Below, piece by piece: positions 28,580-38,530 of a DNA stretch of 64,000 nt (position 1 is its first letter; each line of letters opens with the position of its first letter). The position numbers and the translations under genes are program-made. The DNA is from a virus. A model generated the notes under the pieces. The model saw only the letters and a program-made list of their open reading frames with translations, made no database searches and had not been told where the DNA came from. The DNA lies in the IMG/VR virus record IMGVR_UViG_3300025132_000021, positions 32,001 to 96,000 of that record; one strand, given 5' to 3'.

Positions 28580-31399
28580 ATGCCTTATGAAAGTAACACT
28601 TACATTTCGGAGAAGGGTAGAGAATACTCTGAACACATTTTTGATTCTTTGTTTCCATCCGACCCAACCACAGGTGAGATGATTGTTAATACGGTCTCTG
28701 ATGTAGTAGACCATTTCCGAGGACCCGGTGGAGATAACTTGCACAACACTTGTCAAATGATGAAAAAGTTTATTCAAGGTTATGAACAATTTGGTTGGAT
28801 AGAATCTTTTAATTCAGGAATCCATATTTGTCCAAAATGTCATCGTAGAGATTTTATTTGGTATTGGGAGTATCTTGATTTCGGACTTCGTTTAGATAAT
28901 GAGGAATGGACTTCTTCAGTAAAACTTCAGAAACAAGAGTATGATGTTGGAGGGGGCATGACCGATGTTGGCTATCGTTTTAACTGTCGTGTTCGTTGTA
29001 ATGAGGCTACTACTTGTAATCAGTGCCACGAAACAGTGACAGGAAAGTTTAGTAATTGTAAATCTTGTGGTTCTTCTGATGTATCTCAAGTAGGATGTGG
29101 TCACGAATCTTATACACAACATCTTGTTAAAGATAATAAATGGCAAACTTGGGTTGAGTCTGACCGAGGCCGAACCCAACAAAGAAGTATTTCTGTTTGG
29201 AATGAAGGCACAGGACAAATCTCCCCAACTTACAATATGCGACCCTTTATGTTCAGAGTAGCGTATAATGGCCCAGCACCTAAAGGGAAAATTATTACTG
29301 AACCTTCAGATGCTTACCAGTATATGCCTTCTTTAGAAATTGGTTATGAAACTTATGATGGAGAGCATCAAAGACCTTATGGCTACAAATGTCCCAATAG
29401 TGATTGTAATTTTGTCCGATATGCACCTCCTAATGGAGAAAAATATGATGTTGAGATTAGTGGTAGTTATCAGCAAACTAAAATGCAACTTTCAGGAACA
29501 AGCGACAAACCAAGTGGTATTTATCCTACTATCAATAATGGGAGAGAAGAAAACTGTGGTTTAGTCGGCAATATGGGTTCATGCCCAATGCCAAGTTGTT
29601 CTGGAACAAAATTAGTCCCCAACATATCTATCAAAGAAAAACTACCCTCTATTTGTTTCAAAGGTGGTAATCCCAAGATGGCAAGAACAGTGACCAGCAG
29701 TTGGCGAGTCGGAACTAAAGAGCCAGATGACGAGGGTATTCAAATAATCACTCAATATGTCAATAGACAGGTTGCTCGCTACCGAAACGCCACTCCAGTT
29801 TCATATCCATTTACGCCAGCCCTTCGTGCTTTTGCCCGTAGTCGTTCCGAGATTTGTCTTAAATGTTATCATTCTTCTTATTATGGTGGAGAATCAGCCC
29901 AATACTTTTGGAAACATGGAAAACTTCAAAATGAATGTGTCTTTTGTGGAGAATGGAAACCCTCGGAGAGAGCATTACATCCAAAAATGAGAATGAATCC
30001 ACCTATGCGAATGAAAATTGTTAATCCACAACCACTTGTGCCACCTCATATAGTAATCACACCTTCTGGACCTGCGATGAAAATGGGAGATTTAGGGGGA
30101 AGTATGAGAAGTGGACAATTAGATGAAACAGGAGGTATGATTTGGTCTATTCGTATGGATTGCCCACAAGCCCCAGAGTTTGCTTTGATGCAAATGCAAT
30201 TACAGATGTGGAGTTTAATGTCAATTCCAGAAAGTCCTATTGGACCACCAATGACAGGACAAGGAATCCAAATGTGTCCTAATGATGTAGAAGGCGTGGC
30301 CTTTGGAGAAGTAGCCAAAGAAAGATTAGAAGAAAAAATGAAAGAAGTTGAAGTCAAGGAAGATTCCGAAGAAGTTTTGACTACGAAGTTAGTTAATCTT
30401 AAGGGTGATGCACCTGACGGTTCAGGAACTATGAGAGATTATTGGAAAAGATTACAAACGGAATCCGAAGTGCCATTAAAAATAATAGTAGGTTCAAGAG
30501 TTGAGATAATTGGTGTAGACCGAGATGCAGAGTTTCAAACTATCACTACGGGAGATTTACTCAAATACCGACCCGGTGATTTAGAGGACAATCCTATTGG
30601 TCGCCAGTGGCAAGCCAAAGTCCGAACTGAAAATCTTTTACTACCGCCCGGAGAAGATTCTTTATTAGGAATCACAGCACCCGGTTTTTCCTTTGTGGTT
30701 TGTGAAGGCCGTAGTCGTGAAGCCTACCGAGATAAGCGAACCAATAATTGGGTTGATGTTAGCCCTGAATGTATTTCTTATCATAATCGTGAAGACCCCG
30801 CAAATCCACTTACAGACCCAATTTATTATCCACGATGGACACAAACTCCTGCTAACGATTTAAGACCACCCGCACGAGGCACTTCAGAAGGAACTACGGT
30901 TGCTAATGATGGAGATTATTATTGGAATCACACCACACACTTTTGTCAAGACCAATATGTTATTAACGATTATCTTTCTCAATTTATGGGAGGAAGTGCG
31001 TCAGAACCCACTTTAGAAAAGAGATTCCATGATTTCGGTTATGCTTGCGACCCAATTATTCAAGTAGACAAAGGTATTTACTACAATGTTTATGAATGTG
31101 CTACTTGTAAGAAAAAGTATGATATTGGCAGAGAACTACAAGCAGATGGAACATACAGCGAAGGCGCAGCCTCTATCGCTTACTGGAGTTCTAAAGGATT
31201 AGTAGATTCTGAAGGTAAAACTACGGATGAAGATTTATTCCCTCAAGAGTGCATTGATGCAGCCATTGAACAAGAAGAAGAAAACCCTGCAAACTTTGGT
31301 GTAGAAGATGCGACTATGCAAAACATGGGTCGTGGCGGTGGCCGAAGTGCCAAAGAAATGTTAGAAAATCCGAGATTGGTGGTGGAATTAGATGAATAA
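28580..31399 (+). CDS. Large multi-zinc-ribbon protein; start revised to ATG 28580
   Basis: Many CxxC pairs (CPKC, CNQC, CKSC, CLKC, CVFC, CATC); GGTGA RBS. Confidence 0.8.
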   Translation: MPYESNTYISEKGREYSEHIFDSLFPSDPTTGEMIVNTVSDVVDHFRGPGGDNLHNTCQMMKKFIQGYEQFGWIESFNSGIHICPKCHRRDFIWYWEYLDFGLRLDNEEWTSSVKLQKQEYDVGGGMTDVGYRFNCRVRCNEATTCNQCHETVTGKFSNCKSCGSSDVSQVGCGHESYTQHLVKDNKWQTWVESDRGRTQQRSISVWNEGTGQISPTYNMRPFMFRVAYNGPAPKGKIITEPSDAYQYMPSLEIGYETYDGEHQRPYGYKCPNSDCNFVRYAPPNGEKYDVEISGSYQQTKMQLSGTSDKPSGIYPTINNGREENCGLVGNMGSCPMPSCSGTKLVPNISIKEKLPSICFKGGNPKMARTVTSSWRVGTKEPDDEGIQIITQYVNRQVARYRNATPVSYPFTPALRAFARSRSEICLKCYHSSYYGGESAQYFWKHGKLQNECVFCGEWKPSERALHPKMRMNPPMRMKIVNPQPLVPPHIVITPSGPAMKMGDLGGSMRSGQLDETGGMIWSIRMDCPQAPEFALMQMQLQMWSLMSIPESPIGPPMTGQGIQMCPNDVEGVAFGEVAKERLEEKMKEVEVKEDSEEVLTTKLVNLKGDAPDGSGTMRDYWKRLQTESEVPLKIIVGSRVEIIGVDRDAEFQTITTGDLLKYRPGDLEDNPIGRQWQAKVRTENLLLPPGEDSLLGITAPGFSFVVCEGRSREAYRDKRTNNWVDVSPECISYHNREDPANPLTDPIYYPRWTQTPANDLRPPARGTSEGTTVANDGDYYWNHTTHFCQDQYVINDYLSQFMGGSASEPTLEKRFHDFGYACDPIIQVDKGIYYNVYECATCKKKYDIGRELQADGTYSEGAASIAYWSSKGLVDSEGKTTDEDLFPQECIDAAIEQEEENPANFGVEDATMQNMGRGGGRSAKEMLENPRLVVELDE

Positions 31400-31400
31400 G

Positions 31401-31502
31401 ATGAAATGTATAAAGCCGTTAGTCCATAATCCCCAATTTGAAGGAAAACATCATTGTAAGCATTGTGCCAGAGAAGCCACAGAACAGGAGGAATCTCAAT
31501 GA
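31401..31502 (+). CDS. 33-aa Cys/His micro-protein, not in ORF track
   Basis: MKCIKPLVHNPQFEGKHHCKHCAREATEQEESQ*; ATGA overlap with the vWA gene. Confidence 0.6.
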   Translation: MKCIKPLVHNPQFEGKHHCKHCAREATEQEESQ

Positions 31503-32689
31503 GTGATGTTCAAGCAGATTCGTGGGTAGACAACCCTTTTACTTTTGCCAAACAGTTTCCGTTGCCCGATATTAAGCCGTTGCCAGTTTCCCTTCGTAAT
31601 CCACTTAAAGATTGTTTTACGGCTTTGAAAGCAAAGTATATCAAAATGCCACCTGCTAAAATCAATCCTGTTGAACCAGTTAGCACTACTCAATGGACAC
31701 CTGAAATGGGAATGGGAGATACTTTAGCAGACCGATTCGCACCTAACCCTGCTTTTATTGGTTTGCCTCTTAAGCGTAAAGAAGTTCCAACCCAGCGTGG
31801 AACAAAAGGGTGGAACACTCATTACAACATCATGGTAGACCAATCAGGTTCTATGCAAGCACCATCCACCGATTTTGACGGAGTTACTATGGATAGAAGT
31901 ATGGTTTGTCGCTTGGCAACCGCTTGTTTAATCCAACAAGCCAGTTTGAACATAGACAGTTTTACTATTTACACCTATAACGATGTTGGCAAACTTGCAT
32001 GGCCGTTGCCAGATGGAGAACCCTCTTATGATTATCAAGGTGCTTTAGATTATCTTACCGCAGATTCCGTCAATAAGTTTTGGAACGGTTATGAAAAAGA
32101 CCAAGGTTCCGCAGGTTCATCAGCCTATACTCGTGAACATGGTTTGAATTATGCTTTGAATGCTTTAGCAGCCATGGTTCCAGACGGAGAAAACAATGAA
32201 GATTCGGCTTTTGAAGTAATGATTCGTAATTGTAAGAAACATGATATTCCCGGAATGATTACTGTATTTATTACTGATGGTCATAACTTAGCAGGTCCAG
32301 TTAAAAATGGAGAACGCTCAGACGATGCAGACGGAATGACTTTTGACCAGTGGATGCGTCAATTTGGTCATGTGTTTTATATTGTTCTTCAAAGTCAATC
32401 GGACGAAAGTGAAATCAGAAGATACAGAAACATGACTATTGAGGCGTTAATGAAAACTTATGGTTGGTCTCGTGAGTTGGCCTCAAAGTTTGTTTGGGGA
32501 TTCCCCGATAGTAAAATGATTGACCCAGAAACCGAAGAAAGAATTACTGAAGTTCAAGACCAAATGGGTTGGTTGTTTGCAGAAATTGGCAGAATCTTTG
32601 CTGGCACATCAGACGAGTTTGAAGACCTTGCTGAAGAACTTGGCGAAATTGGTCCAGATGGGGATTACAAGAATCCATTAGATGATTAG
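31499..32689 (+). CDS. von Willebrand factor A domain protein; start revised to ATG 31499
   Basis: MIDAS MVDQSGSM and VFITDG; GGAGG RBS. Confidence 0.85.
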   Translation: MSDVQADSWVDNPFTFAKQFPLPDIKPLPVSLRNPLKDCFTALKAKYIKMPPAKINPVEPVSTTQWTPEMGMGDTLADRFAPNPAFIGLPLKRKEVPTQRGTKGWNTHYNIMVDQSGSMQAPSTDFDGVTMDRSMVCRLATACLIQQASLNIDSFTIYTYNDVGKLAWPLPDGEPSYDYQGALDYLTADSVNKFWNGYEKDQGSAGSSAYTREHGLNYALNALAAMVPDGENNEDSAFEVMIRNCKKHDIPGMITVFITDGHNLAGPVKNGERSDDADGMTFDQWMRQFGHVFYIVLQSQSDESEIRRYRNMTIEALMKTYGWSRELASKFVWGFPDSKMIDPETEERITEVQDQMGWLFAEIGRIFAGTSDEFEDLAEELGEIGPDGDYKNPLDD

Positions 32690-32729
32690 AACCAAAACAA
32701 TTAAGTAGTCGTGCCTATAATGACTTATT

Positions 32730-33914
32730 ATGGAGTCAGGTTCACCAATTACCAAAGCAGACCATGTTTGCCTCGGTCAGAAACTAACTTTTCCAGCGTA
32801 TGGAGAAGATTCTTTAATTTCTAATGTCCTGTTTATCACAGGCAAGCGAGGTTCAGGTAAATCTTGGACAGCAGGTGTAATGATGGAAGAGTTTCATAGA
32901 CTTGGATTACAATTTGTTTGTTTTGATGCTTTGAATGCTCACGGTGGCATTGATAGTCTGCCCAGAGTGGAATCATTGAAACCAGAAATCGGACAGTCTA
33001 TTGATATGAAATCTTTAGTAGACCGTTTGAAGACTACGGATAAAAGTTTAGTAATTGCTTTAGGAGGTTTGCCTCTGGTTAAGCAACAAGAACTTATCGG
33101 AGATTATTGCGAAGCCTTGATTGAGGCACGACTTGGTAAAGGCATACACACAGTTATTGAAGAATGTCAAGACTTTGTTCCTCAAATGGGCAGACCTATT
33201 TCTTTTGACCCAATCGTAAGACTCTGCAAACTTGGTCGTGCTTTAGGATATGGTGCGTCTTTGGTTTCCCAACGACCCGCAGGTGTGAACAAAGAAGCCC
33301 TTTCGCAAGCATCGGTATATTTAGTTCACAATGTCATTAACAACCGAGACTTGAAAACTTTGGACGAACAATTAAGTTTTGGAACAGACAAGCGATTGAT
33401 TAAGAAAATCTTGAATGGTATTGCTTCGGCTCGCAAAGGAGAGTGTGTTGCCTATGCCCCAGAGTTTTTCCGAGACCGAGGTTATCTGGTTATTGACAAA
33501 GTTCGTGGCGACCGTCAAGCCAAACACACAGGAAACAATGTAGATGTGCGAAGCACTTTGGGTGGAGTTAGCCATAGCGAAGATGAAGAAACAGAACCTT
33601 TTGAAGCCGTAACTTCAGCAGCAGAGTTAATGCCCTTTGCTCGTCAAAGTTCCTCAATAACACCTGCACCAACCCTCGCTAACGAAACATCGCCTTCGGC
33701 TCTCCCGCCGCTTTCCCAAGAGTTTAGAGGTATGGCTAAAGAATATGATGTTTGGGAGCCAAGTGTTGATGATTATGCAACCGAGTATGATACTGAACCA
33801 TTAGTAGAAAAGAAAGAATCTAAAAATACCAAGTGGATTCCTGTTGCTGCTGTGGGAGGAGTTAGCCTTACCGCAGGATTGTTAATGGTTGTTTTACAAG
33901 GTTTTAAGCGATAG
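32730..33914 (+). CDS. HerA/FtsK-superfamily ATPase, candidate genome-packaging ATPase, with C-terminal TM anchor
   Basis: GKRGSGKS, TVIEECQ, LGRALG (Arg finger), LVSQRP; tail VAAVGGVSLTAGLLMVVLQGFKR. Confidence 0.85.
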   Translation: MESGSPITKADHVCLGQKLTFPAYGEDSLISNVLFITGKRGSGKSWTAGVMMEEFHRLGLQFVCFDALNAHGGIDSLPRVESLKPEIGQSIDMKSLVDRLKTTDKSLVIALGGLPLVKQQELIGDYCEALIEARLGKGIHTVIEECQDFVPQMGRPISFDPIVRLCKLGRALGYGASLVSQRPAGVNKEALSQASVYLVHNVINNRDLKTLDEQLSFGTDKRLIKKILNGIASARKGECVAYAPEFFRDRGYLVIDKVRGDRQAKHTGNNVDVRSTLGGVSHSEDEETEPFEAVTSAAELMPFARQSSSITPAPTLANETSPSALPPLSQEFRGMAKEYDVWEPSVDDYATEYDTEPLVEKKESKNTKWIPVAAVGGVSLTAGLLMVVLQGFKR

Positions 33915-33945
33915 TTTATATCGCTGATACCGCTTACTTAAGAGC

Positions 33946-34785
33946 GTGACTATTTTTAATACACTTAGGGTTGGACAACCTCTTCTGTTGTGGGAGGATG
34001 TCAGAGATAAAGTCCCTTATGATGTAGAAATAGACGATTTTCATTCTTTGAATGCAGGTGATTTTGCTCGTCGTTATAGTCAAAGTAAAGTTGAACTGGT
34101 TGGAGATATGCGCTGTCCAGTGTGGTTTGCAGTTAGTCCCAAGACCAGAAAAAAGCAACATTATTGGAAAGTTGCTCAAGCCAATGGCGAAATCAAGTAT
34201 GTGCTACCCACCGATATTTTTAGCAGAGCCAAAGTTGCTCACCATAATAAAAACTTTGACCGTTGGGTTCATTTAGACTTGATTGTTCCTGATGGAGATA
34301 TAATGGATGTTGATAGACAACACTTACAGAAACATCCTTTTTCTTTTTTGTGTCCTATGACTGACCAATGGCTTCGTTATTCTACAATTCGTGGAAACTT
34401 TATTCTTCAAACTTTGCCTTACAAGTCTAATATCGGTGCAAGAGGGATTGTAGACCCAGATGATATGGAATTAGTAATGAACATGGGACATCTGAATCAA
34501 TGGAACTCAAAGTTTTACAAGTCTAAACATGGAATCGGCTATGTAGTTTCTCCAAAGTTCAAACCCGAATACTCTATTTCTAAAAAACTTAATGCAACTG
34601 CTTGGGAAAACTCTGGCGAAAAATGGCCTACTACTTTTGAGATGGATAATACAGATTATTACTATATCCCTTTATCATATTTTGAACCTTATGCCATTCC
34701 AGTATCCGACCTTGACCCTCTAACTACCCATGTTCTCAACTGGACAATCACTGGTTGCGACGATTTGATTAGAGCAAATCTTTAA
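33946..34785 (+). CDS. Hypothetical protein
   Basis: TTTATATC box at 33915; 279-aa ORF. Confidence 0.75.
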   Translation: MTIFNTLRVGQPLLLWEDVRDKVPYDVEIDDFHSLNAGDFARRYSQSKVELVGDMRCPVWFAVSPKTRKKQHYWKVAQANGEIKYVLPTDIFSRAKVAHHNKNFDRWVHLDLIVPDGDIMDVDRQHLQKHPFSFLCPMTDQWLRYSTIRGNFILQTLPYKSNIGARGIVDPDDMELVMNMGHLNQWNSKFYKSKHGIGYVVSPKFKPEYSISKKLNATAWENSGEKWPTTFEMDNTDYYYIPLSYFEPYAIPVSDLDPLTTHVLNWTITGCDDLIRANL

Positions 34786-34821
34786 GTATCAGGACTAACC
34801 AATTCTAATTAGGTTTTACCT

Positions 34822-35229
34822 ATGACAATGGATAATGGATTTAACGAACCCCTAATTGAAGACCCTAACTCTACGGTCGCAGACTATCCTTGGGATGGAG
34901 ACCACGGGGCAACTCGTTCATACCACACCAGTTCAATGGCTGTTATGACAAACCCAATGCCCTCTATGGTCGCACCAGCAAAGGACGCTGTTAGCGAAGA
35001 GTTTGAAGGATTAAAAGAAGAAGTTTCAGAGTCATCACCAGAAGGTGCTGACATGGGACAGACTGGCGACGCTGGTGGCGACGCAGACGGACAAAACTTT
35101 GGACAAGACCAAGGTTCACAAGATACAAAGGCTGCTGAAGGCATCAATGTGCCTATTGTTGGCTCTGTTTCTTTGATGACTATTGGTATTCTTGGCGTAG
35201 TTGGCTTCTTACTTTACAGGAGAAAGTAG
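34822..35229 (+). CDS. Tail-anchored acidic protein
   Basis: C-terminal VSLMTIGILGVVGFLLYRRK. Confidence 0.8.
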   Translation: MTMDNGFNEPLIEDPNSTVADYPWDGDHGATRSYHTSSMAVMTNPMPSMVAPAKDAVSEEFEGLKEEVSESSPEGADMGQTGDAGGDADGQNFGQDQGSQDTKAAEGINVPIVGSVSLMTIGILGVVGFLLYRRK

Positions 35230-35266
35230 GGCAATCTTTAAGTAGTAAAAGGAATAAGGTGATTAT

Positions 35267-36124
35267 ATGGCACGAGTAATTGGAAATGCAGTTCTACCAG
35301 ATTTGCCCTATTCCCCAAATCTAAACCCACTACCTTCAGTTAATATCACCCGTGATACACTGGCAGGATACAATGCAAAAATTGAAATGGGTCAAGGATT
35401 AAGTGCCAAGACCCCACGACCAGCACCCACACTAAGTAAAATGCCTGTAATCGGAGTTCCCGAATCAGCACCATTGTCAATGGAAGCACAGGCTATGGGT
35501 GCAGGATATGGACAAGGTATTGTTCCAATGACCCCTCGCCCAGCACCTACACAAATTAACATTCCTCGTGTAGATGTTCCTCTTGGTAGTATGGCTCAAG
35601 ATTACGCTTTGCAGAATTATGATTTGATGGGTCAAGGTATTACGCCTTCCGCACAATATCTACGCCCAACTCACACTATGGAAGTTTATGCACCAGCCGC
35701 AGCACCTAATGTTGCAGGTCTTGAGCGCATGAAGGCTGAAACCATGATGGGTCGTGTCAATGCACACCAACCAGCCATGAACTTCGGTGGAGACCCAAGA
35801 TTTGAAGCAGAGATGACTTCAATTCGTCCAACTAACCCTCGTCTACTTGCTCGTGCGCCAACAGTCAATGTTAAGCAATCCGAGCAAAGAATCCCAATTC
35901 GTGAGTTGCCTCTTGTGCCAGCCAGCACACAACCACGAGTTCCAAATGTCGGCAAACTTGTAGGCCCAGTTAAGGCTATCAAGATGGAAGCCGAGTATGT
36001 AGCCCCTCCTATCCGCAACTCTGACCTCGGTGGTATGTTAAACAGCACCAGTCGTGTTGGAGGATTTGGAAACAGTAGCGGTCGTAGTTTCGGTGCAGAA
36101 GCACCTTTGACAATGCGACTCTAA
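35267..36124 (+). CDS. Pro-rich repeat protein with xAE-delimited segments
   Basis: Repeated GQG..TPRPAPT; MKAE, FEAE, MEAE, FGAE. Confidence 0.8.
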   Translation: MARVIGNAVLPDLPYSPNLNPLPSVNITRDTLAGYNAKIEMGQGLSAKTPRPAPTLSKMPVIGVPESAPLSMEAQAMGAGYGQGIVPMTPRPAPTQINIPRVDVPLGSMAQDYALQNYDLMGQGITPSAQYLRPTHTMEVYAPAAAPNVAGLERMKAETMMGRVNAHQPAMNFGGDPRFEAEMTSIRPTNPRLLARAPTVNVKQSEQRIPIRELPLVPASTQPRVPNVGKLVGPVKAIKMEAEYVAPPIRNSDLGGMLNSTSRVGGFGNSSGRSFGAEAPLTMRL

Positions 36125-36154
36125 ACAAAATAAAAAAACGGAGATGAACAAAAA

Positions 36155-36373
36155 ATGGATACAAAAGTAATAATTGTAGGAACAAGTTTGTTGGTAGTCG
36201 GTGCTTTCGCAGCATTGGGTGGAACTTTAGAAGCGTTCACTGTGCCTCTCCCAATCGTCGGCATGAATGCCCTTCAAGTTGGAGGCGTTGTCGTTGCATT
36301 GGTAGGTGTAGGAACTCTTGTAGGTTTTGACCCACTTCGCTTGAAGCAAGCCGCAGCCTCAACAGCATTCTAA
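36155..36373 (+). CDS. Small 2-TM membrane protein
   Basis: Two hydrophobic helices. Confidence 0.75.
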   Translation: MDTKVIIVGTSLLVVGAFAALGGTLEAFTVPLPIVGMNALQVGGVVVALVGVGTLVGFDPLRLKQAAASTAF

Positions 36374-36404
36374 GTGCCGCCTACGCTTAGGCGGTGAGAT
36401 AGAA

Positions 36405-36755
36405 ATGGATTCCAAAACTTTAGCAGAAACACAACGCATTTGTGATGCAGGGCTTGGGGCATATTTGTCTCAAAAGCACTCAGACTTTAGGTTGAAAAAC
36501 TTTAGTCGTGGAATTGTTGCTGGTTCAGTTTTCTCTGTTATTACCTATGGACTTATGAGTTTTGTCTTTGATATGAAAACACAAGCCATGTCTTATGCTT
36601 TAATTCCATTTGGTGCAGGTCTTCTTGGTGGTTCTTACCGAGGATTGACTCAAGCCGAGTCTGAAGATACTTTACATACCACTGATTTTGATGAAGTTTG
36701 TGCCAGTTTAGAATCTGATGAAGATGAAGATGAAGCAGAAGAAGATTCTGAATGA
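36405..36755 (+). CDS. 2-TM membrane protein with acidic tail
   Basis: Two hydrophobic segments; GGTGA RBS. Confidence 0.75.
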   Translation: MDSKTLAETQRICDAGLGAYLSQKHSDFRLKNFSRGIVAGSVFSVITYGLMSFVFDMKTQAMSYALIPFGAGLLGGSYRGLTQAESEDTLHTTDFDEVCASLESDEDEDEAEEDSE

Positions 36756-36794
36756 GCAGTAATCTTTAAGTAGTCGTTCCATTTCATTTTAATT

Positions 36795-37082
36795 ATGGCA
36801 ACAGATATGTTCTCCGTTATTGTCCCTATGGTCGTTGGTGTTGGTCTTACTGCGGTGGTTGTTAAACTACTAATGAAGAAAACCGAAAAGAAATCAGAAC
36901 AGCAATCTGCTTTGATTACATCACCTACTGAAAATGAGATGCTCATGCGTAGTTTGCTTATGCGACCTACCGTTAATGCAGAACTTAATGCTAAGTATGG
37001 CTCTGCACCAAGTCCAGTTTCAGTTAGCACCATGACTGACCTGATTGTGGGAACTCCTTTACCCAGAGCCATCTATTCTTGA
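36795..37082 (+). CDS. N-anchored small membrane protein
   Basis: Promoter at 36765; N-terminal TM followed by Lys residues. Confidence 0.75.
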   Translation: MATDMFSVIVPMVVGVGLTAVVVKLLMKKTEKKSEQQSALITSPTENEMLMRSLLMRPTVNAELNAKYGSAPSPVSVSTMTDLIVGTPLPRAIYS

Positions 37083-37091
37083 GGTTTTATT

Positions 37092-37652
37092 ATGAGAACT
37101 ACCTACCTTAATAGTCAAAAATACGCCTTAATTGGCACACTTGCTGCTATTTGTGGTGGTGTTTTGATGGTAGATTATTTACAAAAACAAAAAGTTAATG
37201 AATCAGAAGATGAAAAAGATTCTGATTGTGGTTGCTCTCATAAGAAAAATGCAGAAGCCCGAATTACTCGTGGACAAGAGGTTTATCAGTCTGAAATGAA
37301 CCAAGATGTTTCTGGTTCTGCTGCTGATTTGAACAGACTTAATCCAGTAGAAGTTGGCGGTGCAGAAGATGTCTACGGTGCTGAAAGTTTTGACACACAA
37401 TATGTTAATATGAATCCAATGGATTATCAGACTCCAACGGCTTTTAGCAACTATTCAGGTTATGCTTCCCAACCTTTTTGGGACCAAGCCAATGATTACT
37501 TGCCAGAATATCGCTTTGCTATGCCATGGTCCAGCAGTTATCTACCAGTAGATGCTTACCGACCTCAAGATTACCAAGGCTACCCAGCAGGCCCACTTCC
37601 TTATGATATGAGAACTCGTAGTATGAATTATACTACTTATCAACGCTCTTGA
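37092..37652 (+). CDS. N-anchored protein with xAE-delimited segments
   Basis: TM; KNAE, YQSE, GGAE, YGAE. Confidence 0.75.
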   Translation: MRTTYLNSQKYALIGTLAAICGGVLMVDYLQKQKVNESEDEKDSDCGCSHKKNAEARITRGQEVYQSEMNQDVSGSAADLNRLNPVEVGGAEDVYGAESFDTQYVNMNPMDYQTPTAFSNYSGYASQPFWDQANDYLPEYRFAMPWSSSYLPVDAYRPQDYQGYPAGPLPYDMRTRSMNYTTYQRS

Positions 37653-37686
37653 GAACTATTAAGTAGTATCTCTGACATTTAAGAGT

Positions 37687-38277
37687 ATGAAAACTCTTGA
37701 TGATGTGCAAGATGATAATTTTAATCCGAGGTATGCAGCCCCTAATTCTATGTTTGAATGGTTAAATGATAACTTACCTAATGGTTCTAAGATTTTAGAG
37801 TTCGGTTCAGGCACAGGAACAATTAAATTAACTAAAAGTTTTGAGGTCACTTCTATTGAAGATAATGAACAATGGTTGTATTTAGCCCCCGAAAGCACTT
37901 ACATTTATGCCCCATCAGTCAATGATTGGTATGATTGGCAAGCCTTAGAAATCTTACAAGATGAAACTTTTGAAGCAATTATTATTGACGGACCTGCTGG
38001 GATAAATAACCGAGTTCATTTGATAGATTGGATAAATGTTTATCCTAATGTTTTTAATCAAGCCAGATTTGTTGTCGTAGATGATGTCTTTTTACCAACT
38101 GGTGAAACGCCATTTGTTCAACTTTTCAAACAATTAGGGTGGGAATTACTACATCACAACCCAAGTGAGAAAGACGGTCATAATTGGAGTGTTTATGTTA
38201 AAATCCATGAATGTCCAGAATGCGGAGAAGAGTTTAATCGTTATAATGACATGATAGAATGTTGTGCTAATCTTTAA
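37687..38277 (+). CDS. Class I SAM-dependent methyltransferase
   Basis: ILEFGSGTGT, VTSIED, IIIDGP, VVVDD. Confidence 0.8.
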   Translation: MKTLDDVQDDNFNPRYAAPNSMFEWLNDNLPNGSKILEFGSGTGTIKLTKSFEVTSIEDNEQWLYLAPESTYIYAPSVNDWYDWQALEILQDETFEAIIIDGPAGINNRVHLIDWINVYPNVFNQARFVVVDDVFLPTGETPFVQLFKQLGWELLHHNPSEKDGHNWSVYVKIHECPECGEEFNRYNDMIECCANL

Positions 38278-38302
38278 GTAGTCGTAAGCCTCAACACATA
38301 CT

Positions 38303-38530
38303 ATGCGAAACTATCCAGCAGAGTTTTATGCGAAGGACAAAAAACCACTTCATCAAATTGGTTATAGTGTTTCTTTGGCTATGATGGCAGTAGGAGTTTT
38401 AGAAACTTTACATGGTGTCTATTATCAAGTGAAGCAAGGCGATGGAAACCTCATTCTTGGACCAGCCCTTTTTGTAGCAGGCGGTGGCACAGCCTACCTC
38501 TGGCTTAAAGAGGCTGGAGTTGTCTACTGA
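38303..38530 (+). CDS. Small 2-TM membrane protein
   Basis: Promoter at 38273; hydrophobic helices. Confidence 0.7.
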   Translation: MRNYPAEFYAKDKKPLHQIGYSVSLAMMAVGVLETLHGVYYQVKQGDGNLILGPALFVAGGGTAYLWLKEAGVVY

